Of a stretch of 10,776 bases of DNA, positions 1-6,352 are shown one piece after another. Origin of the DNA: Candidatus Sericytochromatia bacterium (lineage in GTDB: Bacteria; Cyanobacteriota; Sericytochromatia; S15B-MN24; JAQBPE01); the NCBI GenBank assembly GCA_035285125.1, contig JAYKHR010000128.1:1-10776 (forward strand). Reading direction: 5' to 3'. The notes beneath the pieces were generated by a model. It was given only the letters and a program-made list of their open reading frames with translations. It was not told where the DNA came from and ran no database searches. Both the position numbers and the translations under genes were made by a program. Position 1 is the stretch's first letter. The number at the start of each line of letters is the position of its first letter.

Positions 1-275
1 ACTTCCGCCGCAGGGGGCGCGGGGCCTCCGGCCAGCCGCAGGCTGCCCAGGACGCCGGCACCAAGCCCCACGCCAAGGCCGACCACCAGGGGCGCAAGCC
101 AGGTGGTGCGGCCTGGAGAGGGGACCCCGACGGGCGTGGTGGCCGGGGCGGGCGCGAGTGGAAGCGCCCACAGGATCTGCAGGGCTGTGAGGTCGGCCCC
201 GCACTGACCGCAGGGTCCGGTGAGGGGGGCGGCGCGGCCACAAGCGGGGCAAGTCGGGACGGGTGGGGTTGTCAT
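1..275 (-). CDS. Partial (3'-truncated by window edge) membrane protein with an N-terminal C4 zinc ribbon, Pro-rich linker and one transmembrane helix
   Basis: Not in the ORF track because it has no stop inside the window. Manual translation from ATG at 275-273 gives MTTPPVPTCPACGRAAPLTGPCGQCGADLTALQILWALPLAPAPATTPVGVPSPGRTTWLAPLVVGLGVGLGAGVLGSLRLAGGPAPPAAE..., open to base 1. It has a CPAC...CGQC-GADL zinc-ribbon pattern and the hydrophobic segment WLAPLVVGLGVGLGAGVLGSL. No clear SD. Confidence 0.75.
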   Translation of the reverse strand, partial: MTTPPVPTCPACGRAAPLTGPCGQCGADLTALQILWALPLAPAPATTPVGVPSPGRTTWLAPLVVGLGVGLGAGVLGSLRLAGGPAPPAAE

Positions 276-496
276 CCGGAAAGCTCGAGGGGGATGTTCT
301 GCGCCCGAAGGTCCAGGCGGCGTACAACAGCCATTTTGCCGCTGATGGCGGGTCAGGCAAGTCCTGCCCTCGGGCTCTTACCCTGGAGGGCGGATGCATA
401 ATCAATTAGGCAACACGGGGCTTGATCAAAATGGGGAATTGGCAGAGAGGGGTTATGAGATGGAGATCGGGGTCTTGCATCATACGTTTGCCTGGG

Positions 497-546
497 GGGC
501 CAGCGGCGAGATGGCGGTGGGGCCACCTTGCCCTGCTGGCTGGCCC
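497..546. repeat. Imperfect inverted repeat / hairpin downstream of the helicase gene
   Basis: GGGCCAGC (497-504) pairs with GCTGGCCC (539-546), with further inner pairing (GGCGAG/CTTGCC, GGTGG/CCACC). No convincing U-tract on the helicase strand. Confidence 0.4.
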
Positions 547-633
547 GCTTTACCGAGAACGTTTGGGCGATGTTGCGCGGGGGCTGCTTGCTGGGGCTGA
601 ACGGCGAGGCGCTGCCGTGAAGCCCTCCGCCGC

Positions 634-3162
634 TCAACGCAGCCGCCCCGACCCCATCCGCTTGTCGTCGTAAGGCCGCAGGTCCACGATGCCCTTGCAC
701 GCCGGGTAGTTCGAGCACCCCAGGAAGATGGTCTTGTCGGAGAACCGTCGGCGCGGCTGCGGCTTGCTCCCGCACTCCGGGCAGCGCATGGTCGGGGTGG
801 ACTCGACGAGGACCTTGGCGTCGGCCTCGCCCATCGCGCGCTTGTAGCCGCACTCGCAGCCCAGGAACGGGGTCCCGAAGTCGAAGCTGAGGGACATCAC
901 GCCACGACACTTGGGGCAGGCCAGCCGCATGGTGTGCTCCGGCTTGAAGGTGTCATCGAACAGGTGGCCGCAGGCCACGGAGAACAGCTGCTTGCTGGCG
1001 CCCGGCATCCGTGCGGTGGCCCAGCCGATGCCCCCTGTCGGCTTGCCGATGGGCAGCGCCAGGATGCCTTTGGCCATGGCAAAGGGTCTGATCGCGCCGC
1101 GCTCGTCCTTGCGGTAGGTCACCCCGCCCTGCAGCCCGGCGCGTGGCTCGGTCGGGAGGATGGCCAGCTTGGTGCTTGCCTTCAGGCCGCCGTAGTAGGC
1201 CGCCACCTCGGGCGAGAAGGCCAGCTGGGGCTCGCGGGCGATGAACAGGGCCGGCAGGACGACCTCGTTGAGGCCGTTGGCAGCCTCGATGGCTCTCGTG
1301 ACGTCACCCAGCCGGGCGGTGTGATCCTCAATGACCTTCCAGGCCGAGACCACCTCGAACCGTTCCTGGATCAGGTCCAGGAACCTTCGCCAGTAGGCGC
1401 TCGTGGGAGCCAGCCGCCGGATGAGGTCCATGTTGCCCACGATGACGAGCCGCTGCTGGGCGCGCGACATCGCCACGTTCAGGAGGTTCTCGGCGCTGTC
1501 GCCCGTGAAGAACTGCTGGGCCTTGGTGGCGTCATGGGCCGTGAGATCCACGACCACCGTGTCTTGCTGGGCGCCCTGGGACTTGTGGATCGTGCTCGCT
1601 TCGAAGCGCATATGGGGCTCGCTGAGGTCGCGCGTGAGGGAGACGAGCAGCGTGGATTGGGCCTTGAAGGGCGTCAGCAGCAGGTTGGTGGGCCCGAGCC
1701 AGTCGGGGTGCCGTTCCTTCAGGCAGGCCAGCAGCCAGGGCGTGTAGGGGTGGTAGTAGGACTGGTAGCGCGTGCTGTACCAGGACGTGGGGCACAGCGA
1801 GCCCACGTCGAGCAGCTTGGGCTTGGTCCCCGCGGGTCGGACGGCTGCCGTCACCAGCCGGCTCTCGTAGCTCAGGTCGCTCACGATGGACCCGATGGCC
1901 TCCGTCATGCGGTACTGGTCCGTCAGCATCGAGACGAAGGGCGGCAGGCTTCCTGCCTGGAGCTTCGGCTTGACCTCGAAGTGGTCGAAGATGTTTCGCC
2001 CGAACCACCGCTGGGCGTCGGGTTCGTCGGACACGCAGACCGGAGGCAGCTGCAGGAAGTCGCCCGCGTAGATGAGGTGCTGGGTGGCCTGGGCGGCTCC
2101 CGCGAAGGCGAAGGCCAGGGAGACCATCGAGGCCTCGTCGATCACGACGACGTCGAACTCTCGGGTGGCGAGGGTCTCGCGCACGACGAGGGCGGCCAGC
2201 GTCGCCGCCACGCACGGGGCGTTGAGGACCTGGTCATCTTCCAGGCCCTCTGCGAGGTTGGTCATCCTCGCCTGTTGCTCACGAAATCGGTCGAGGGTCT
2301 TGATGTCGCTGTCTGCCAGCTCCGATCGGGACCGACCCATTCTGCGGTTGAGGTCTGCGAGCGCTTGCTGGTCCTCCCGCCAGGCCTTCGCGTCTTCGGG
2401 GTGCCTCCGCTCCACGTAGCCGGAGGCGGTGTGCGCCTCAACCTCTTCGCTCAGAGAAACGCCCACGCGAAAGACCTGAGCGAGTGCTTGGGCTGGCCCC
2501 ATCGCCCGGCGCGTGGCCTTCACCAACTCGTCGACGGCCACGTTGGAGTTCGAGAGCAGCAGGCAACTGCGCCCCTGCCCCAGGTGCTCTGCGATAACGG
2601 TCCCTAACGTGTGGGTCTTGCCCGTGCCGGGCGGCCCCCACAGCAGGTGCACCTGTTGCCCCACCAGGTTGCGGAAGGCGCTGGCCTGGGGAGCGTTCAG
2701 GCCGCTTTCGGGGGCAGGAGGCAACTGAGTTTCACCGCGCTGAAGCGGGTTTCCACCAAGGACCGCAGCGAGGGGTGGGGGTGGCCGCCTGAGCACCTGG
2801 TCGAGGTGCTCCTCCAGCTTCTTGAGGATGTGGGTGGCGTCGAATTCGATGCGCAAGGGACCGGCTGACAGCTTGGAGAGCTCGACCTTGGACGCGACCA
2901 TCAGGTTGTTGTCCTCGCAGCTTAGCACGTCGACCTGCACCGGCTTGACCTCGTTCGAGACGCGAAATTTCAGCCCCGTGCCAATCGGGAACTTCACCAC
3001 CTCAACCAGGGTCAGGCGATAGACGAGACTTCCCGGGGTCGGGGTGACCAGCTCGACCTTGTCGATGGTGATCCACTGGGCCGTCTTGCGCTTGCTCTGG
3101 GCTGCCCTCTCCTGCTCCACGGCCCGTTTAAGGTCTTTGAGGAAGTTGGTCGAGTCGGTCAC
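634..3162 (-). CDS. Superfamily 1B (Upf1/DNA2/NAM7-like, AAA_11 + AAA_12) helicase with C-terminal tandem topoisomerase-type C4 zinc ribbons, about 842 aa
   Basis: Q-motif LNAPQ, Walker A GPPGTGKT (2637-2614), motif Ia SNSNVAVD, Walker B IDEASM (DEAS 2139-2128), motif III GDFLQLPPV, LTDQYRM, motif V STIHKSQG, motif VI NVAMSRAQ. The C-terminus has CPKC...CECG and CPECG...FLGCSNYPACKG. Start moved from the ORF-track 3306 to GTG at 3162 because AAGGTG lies 6 nt upstream and the extra 48 codons look non-coding. Confidence 0.92.
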   Translation of the reverse strand: MTDSTNFLKDLKRAVEQERAAQSKRKTAQWITIDKVELVTPTPGSLVYRLTLVEVVKFPIGTGLKFRVSNEVKPVQVDVLSCEDNNLMVASKVELSKLSAGPLRIEFDATHILKKLEEHLDQVLRRPPPPLAAVLGGNPLQRGETQLPPAPESGLNAPQASAFRNLVGQQVHLLWGPPGTGKTHTLGTVIAEHLGQGRSCLLLSNSNVAVDELVKATRRAMGPAQALAQVFRVGVSLSEEVEAHTASGYVERRHPEDAKAWREDQQALADLNRRMGRSRSELADSDIKTLDRFREQQARMTNLAEGLEDDQVLNAPCVAATLAALVVRETLATREFDVVVIDEASMVSLAFAFAGAAQATQHLIYAGDFLQLPPVCVSDEPDAQRWFGRNIFDHFEVKPKLQAGSLPPFVSMLTDQYRMTEAIGSIVSDLSYESRLVTAAVRPAGTKPKLLDVGSLCPTSWYSTRYQSYYHPYTPWLLACLKERHPDWLGPTNLLLTPFKAQSTLLVSLTRDLSEPHMRFEASTIHKSQGAQQDTVVVDLTAHDATKAQQFFTGDSAENLLNVAMSRAQQRLVIVGNMDLIRRLAPTSAYWRRFLDLIQERFEVVSAWKVIEDHTARLGDVTRAIEAANGLNEVVLPALFIAREPQLAFSPEVAAYYGGLKASTKLAILPTEPRAGLQGGVTYRKDERGAIRPFAMAKGILALPIGKPTGGIGWATARMPGASKQLFSVACGHLFDDTFKPEHTMRLACPKCRGVMSLSFDFGTPFLGCECGYKRAMGEADAKVLVESTPTMRCPECGSKPQPRRRFSDKTIFLGCSNYPACKGIVDLRPYDDKRMGSGRLR

Positions 3163-3517
3163 GGCGGTCACCTTGGTGTGTCGGGGGCAGGGCGCTGCTG
3201 CTACATCGCGGGGCAGGCCACCTCGCGATGTGGTCGGCCCTGCTCGGCGGATGTTGAATGCTGGTTTCTTTTTTGGACACTGCCTCCGTCTTTGTACCCT
3301 AGCCAACGAGGCTGCTCAGGGAATGATTGACGTCTGGCCTGGGTGACGCCGCCGACAACTCAGGTGGAAAGTATGCGAGGGGTGGATCGGGGAAGCCCCA
3401 CTCTGCGGCCGGGCTGCTCTAAGGGTGGTCTGGCGATTAGCCAGCTGTCCGCGAGCCCACCTGAGCCGTGCGGCCCGTAAACGGTCAGCCCACCAGCGAT
3501 CCCGGCGAAGGGAAGGC

Positions 3518-4244
3518 ATGCCCTCCCCCCGCCACGAGTACCTGGTCGACGTGTGCCGCGAGGCCCCACAGCTGGTCATGGATCTGCTGCGGTTGCACGG
3601 CGTGAAGGTCCCTGCGTCCTCAACGGCCCGTGTGGTCGAGGCAGGCCCGCCACCGCGCACCCGTCGATCTGGTCGTGCTGGCCCCTGACCCCGCCGTGGC
3701 CACCTGGGCGCGGTAGCCCTTCGCCTTCGGCTCTCCGGGGATGCTCCGGCCGCTGGTCGTGGGGCCGGAGGAACTGCCGCCCATCGCCGTCCGCGAGCTT
3801 GCTGAGGCAAACCCGCACCTCGCCATCCTGGCGGCTGTGGCGCACTGCCGGGAGGCCGAGGAGCTGGCGCACCTGGAGCTGGCCCTGGAGGCCCTGAGCG
3901 GGTTGCCCGCGCCGTCCACCCTCGCCTCCACCAAGTACCCGGGAGCCCCCCTCGACGCGCGCTTCCGGGCGTTGCCGGAGGTCCAGATGAAGTTCGACCC
4001 GATCGAGTTCTATCCGCAGGTGCGCGCCTACGTGGAGGAACTGCGTTCCGAGGGCCGCCAGCAAGAGGCCCTCCGTGTCGTGCTGCGCCAGCTGGGCCGC
4101 CGCATCGGCTTGCCGGGGCCGGAGGTGCAAGGACAGCTCGAGGCGCTGACGACGGAGCAACTGGAGGACCTGGGGGAGGCGCTGCTGGATTTTGCGCAGC
4201 CGGAGGACCTGACAGGCTGGCTCGCAGCACACGGCAGGGCCTGA
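3518..4244 (+). pseudogene. Disrupted Rpn-like (PD-(D/E)XK nuclease family) gene with C-terminal DUF4351 domain
   Basis: ATG 3518 after GAAGGGAAGG reads MPSPRHEYLVDVCREAPQLVMDLL...ARVVEA. The family-like sequence then resumes in another frame near 3645 (ARHRAPVDLVVLAPDPAVATWAR), hits TAG at 3714-3716, and continues PFAFGSPGMLRPLVVGPEELPPI...NPHLAILAAVAH... It ends in a typical DUF4351 tail (EGRQQEALRVVLRQLGRRIG...LTTEQLEDLGEALLDFAQPEDLTGWL). Confidence 0.8.
3987..4244 (+). CDS. Intragenic small ORF (85 aa, DUF4351-only), candidate RpnS-like antitoxin
   Basis: GGAGGT at 3977-3982 followed 4 nt later by an in-frame ATG at 3987. MKFDPIEFYPQVRAYVEELRSEGRQQEALR...GWLAAHGRA is uninterrupted to TGA 4244. 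Confidence 0.6.
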   Translation: MKFDPIEFYPQVRAYVEELRSEGRQQEALRVVLRQLGRRIGLPGPEVQGQLEALTTEQLEDLGEALLDFAQPEDLTGWLAAHGRA

Positions 4245-4248
4245 ACCC

Positions 4249-4401
4249 TCACTCCGCGAACGCATCCCTCTCGATCGCCTCCAACTCCCCCACCTCCGCT
4301 TCCGTCAGCCGCGCTAATGCCCCCTTCCGCCGCGCCTTCGGCTGCCTGTCCCGATTCTGCCGCACAAAGGTGTTGAAGTCGCCCGCCTGGCGGTCTGTCA
4401 G
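4249..4401 (-). pseudogene. Relic resembling the C-terminal about 50 aa of long Fic-family proteins
   Basis: LTDRQAGDFNTFVRQNRDRQPKARRKGALARLTEAEVGELEAIERDAFAE* matches my recollection of the Fic-protein tail pattern (MPDR...F(L/I)RQNxGxLxKxxR...FxxLTDxEVxxIExIxxxAF). No Fic catalytic motif or canonical start codon is present. Confidence 0.5.
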
Positions 4402-4823
4402 CCCCCCGGCGCCTCCAACCACGCCGCCACGGCGCGCGTGAAGGCCGCGAAGTCGTCCAGCCGGGTGGTCGCAAGGGCGTGCACCGCGCGCCAGTCGAGG
4501 GCCCGGTAGTGGTGCACCGCCAGGTTGCGGAAGCCCACGGCCCGCCGCAGCCGGGACGCCAGGTCCGGCTCCAGCACACCGGCCTCGGCCAGCGTGTCGA
4601 AGGTGGCGCCCATCGTCTCGGGCACCGGCAGCGCCAGGTCCGCCACGAGGTGGGCACCCACGTCCACGCACAGCTGGATGGCCCGGGTCAGGTTCAACGA
4701 CACGATGTCCTGCGCATCGACATCCGCCGCCAGCGCCTCGGGGGACGCGGGGCAACGGGCCTGCACCCGGGCGACTGCCCGGCGCAGAGACTCCAGCTTG
4801 GCCTCGATCACGTCCCGGTCCAA
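4398..4823 (-). CDS. hepT: Type VII toxin-antitoxin HEPN RNase toxin (DUF86/HepT family), 141 aa
   Basis: RNLAVHHY (4529-4506) fits the RX4HXY HEPN motif. TTG start with GGAGG 6 nt upstream. Overlaps the end of the MNT gene by 16 nt. Confidence 0.93.
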   Translation of the reverse strand: MDRDVIEAKLESLRRAVARVQARCPASPEALAADVDAQDIVSLNLTRAIQLCVDVGAHLVADLALPVPETMGATFDTLAEAGVLEPDLASRLRRAVGFRNLAVHHYRALDWRAVHALATTRLDDFAAFTRAVAAWLEAPGG

Positions 4824-5224
4824 CGGAGCCTCCGGGCCGCCAGGATGCGGCGGCGGTAGGGCAGGAAATCGGCCTGCTCCCGCAGGTGGCGGATGATCAG
4901 GGCCGCGAAGGCCTCGGGGCTCCCGAGCAGGCGCACGCCCGTCGTCAGGATCTGCCCGAGCAGCGGTTCACCGACCGTTTCGAGGTCCACCAGATCGATC
5001 GGACGGCCCGTCGCCGCAGCCAGTTGCTCCACCAACTCGAGGCGCTCGGCCGGCGTCAGCCCAGGGTGGGCCTCCACCGCCAGGTCCACGTCGCTCTCGG
5101 GGCGCGCCGTGCCTCGCCCGGCTGAGCCGAACAGGACTGCGGCGGAAAGGCCAGGCCACCTCCCCAGGACCTCCCGGATGGAGGCCAGCAGGCACGGATC
5201 GGGCGCGGAACTTGGCTGGGCCAC
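4808..5224 (-). CDS. mntA: Type VII toxin-antitoxin minimal nucleotidyltransferase antitoxin (MntA family), about 138 aa
   Basis: LFGSAGRGTARPESDVDLAV contains GSX10DXD (5128-5084), with a downstream IDLVDL third-aspartate strand. Start placed at GTG 5224 (GGAGG 4 nt upstream, and just downstream of an extended -10 box) rather than the ORF-track 5332. The start is less certain than the product. Confidence 0.92.
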   Translation of the reverse strand: MAQPSSAPDPCLLASIREVLGRWPGLSAAVLFGSAGRGTARPESDVDLAVEAHPGLTPAERLELVEQLAAATGRPIDLVDLETVGEPLLGQILTTGVRLLGSPEAFAALIIRHLREQADFLPYRRRILAARRLRWTGT

Positions 5225-5252
5225 GGGGCCTCCGGGGGCTGGGGCTTCCTGG

Positions 5253-5261
5253 ATCATACCA
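5253..5261 (-). promoter_or_regulatory. Putative extended -10 promoter of the mntA-hepT operon
   Basis: Minus strand reads TGGTATGAT (TGn + TATGAT, 5/6 match to TATAAT), 28 nt upstream of the GTG at 5224. Confidence 0.55.
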
Positions 5262-5508
5262 CCCGAAGGAGGCAGCGACTCGTGGCCCAGGGCCGCGCCG
5301 ATGCCGGCCATCGGGACCTGGTTGTCGACCATGAACGAAGCCAGGGGAGCTTGAGCCGGGGTGGCGTCGACGTTCCCACCACCTCCTGAGGCTGGACCGG
5401 CTCTTGAACAACAAGTTTCGCCACGGCACGCAAGTTTTCCCTGGTTTTAACGACGAGACATTCAGGATTTAACTCGCGTCATCACGAAAGTCTTAAGAGA
5501 CGGGTTCC

Positions 5509-6069
5509 ATGAGAGTTCTCGCGTTCGTCCTTGCTGCATCGACCTTGCTGGCAGCGTGCGGTTCAAGCCCGGCGGTTGGCACGTTGAGCCCCGCTGAGCG
5601 GTTGGCGGCTCAAGCCAACCGGAAAAAGGCGGTCAAGACCGCGCTGGATCAGGCCTCGTACGAGGCCGGCTTGGCCTTTGGAAAGGCAAAGGCTTCCGGA
5701 AAGGCGTCGCGAACGCAACTCAAGCAAGGCGTGCCGGACCAGTATTCCTTCGCTTGCGGCTATGCCCTGGGGTTGATGTTGGGGGCGCTGGCATCCTACG
5801 ACCGGTTGGATGCCAGCTTCAATGCCGAGCAGTACAGGGGCTTCGCTGACATCCAGTGGCGGGCGATGAAGGATGCCCACACGGCCATCAAGAACAACCC
5901 GGAGTTGGCCCAGAAGGCGGCTGTCGTTCTCGGGATGCTTGAGGGCGGCATGAGAAACTATGGCTCCATTCAAGGGTCATTCAACGCCAGCCAATGGAAG
6001 ACCTTTGCCGATGCGAACCGGAACGTGTTGGAGGCTGCGGCTGAAGCGTTGCACGAGCTGACGAAGTAA
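5509..6069 (+). CDS. Hypothetical helical lipoprotein, 186 aa, with an internal 54-aa duplication
   Basis: Signal peptide MRVLAFVLAASTLLAA-C with lipobox LAAC (Cys17). AT-rich upstream region. Repeated Y-x5-SFNA-x-Q-(Y/W)-(R/K)-x-FAD. Confidence 0.85.
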   Translation: MRVLAFVLAASTLLAACGSSPAVGTLSPAERLAAQANRKKAVKTALDQASYEAGLAFGKAKASGKASRTQLKQGVPDQYSFACGYALGLMLGALASYDRLDASFNAEQYRGFADIQWRAMKDAHTAIKNNPELAQKAAVVLGMLEGGMRNYGSIQGSFNASQWKTFADANRNVLEAAAEALHELTK

Positions 6070-6138
6070 GACGCGCACCCTGATGGGCGGCTGGCTCGAA
6101 GCCGCCGCGCCGTCGGAGAGCTGTCCGACTTGCCGCTG

Positions 6139-6210
6139 CTCGGTCGGCGCATCGGCTTGCCAGGGCAAGAGGGGCTAGCCCAGCCAGAGGCCCTGACCAC
6201 GGCGCAGCTG
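6139..6210 (+). pseudogene. Second, start-less DUF4351 fragment (diverged copy of 4092-4163)
   Basis: LGRRIGLPGQEGLAQPEALTTAQL versus LGRRIGLPGPEVQGQLEALTTEQL. By hand count, 18/24 aa and 56/72 nt are identical with no gaps. Confidence 0.8.
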
Positions 6211-6225
6211 GTTCGAGCCTCGGGG

Positions 6226-6245
6226 GTGACGTCGGGCGACGTCAC
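6226..6245. repeat. Perfect 8-bp inverted repeat between convergent genes (possible terminator-like hairpin or binding site)
   Basis: GTGACGTC-GGGC-GACGTCAC. No U-tract on either side. Confidence 0.4.
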
Positions 6246-6352
6246 GTGACGGCGGCTGGAGCTCGCTGCCCTCTTGCGTGGCCGCTCCGGTCAGCCTGGG
6301 TGCAAAGCGGGGCACCCTCCCTCCAGCCGCCCCCCCCAGCCGGCGGGCACCC

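Noticed and set aside
484..633. Integron attC site after the helicase
   Set aside because: No properly paired RYYYAAC / GTTRRRY ends with L boxes could be identified, and no integrase is present.
394..673. Short plus-strand ORFs of 68 and 83 aa
   Set aside because: No SD, atypical codon usage and no recognisable motifs. More likely intergenic.
934..2607. 557-aa plus-strand ORF
   Set aside because: Antisense shadow of the helicase. Long stop-free antisense frames are expected in high-GC3 genes, and it has no motifs.
3163..3306. N-terminal extension of the helicase in the ORF track
   Set aside because: TTG start without an SD and a non-globular-looking sequence. A better SD-GTG exists at 3162.
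3714..3716. In-frame TAG as programmed readthrough or pyrrolysine
   Set aside because: The same gene also has a frameshift and an apparent deletion, and no pyl genes are visible. Simple decay explains it better.
5225..5332. Longer N-terminus for MntA
   Set aside because: It would run through the putative extended -10 box and add a low-complexity tail beyond the usual family length.
5425..5440. Sigma-54 promoter-like CGGCACGCAAGTTTT
   Set aside because: The -24 GGCACG is present but the required -12 TTGC is absent.
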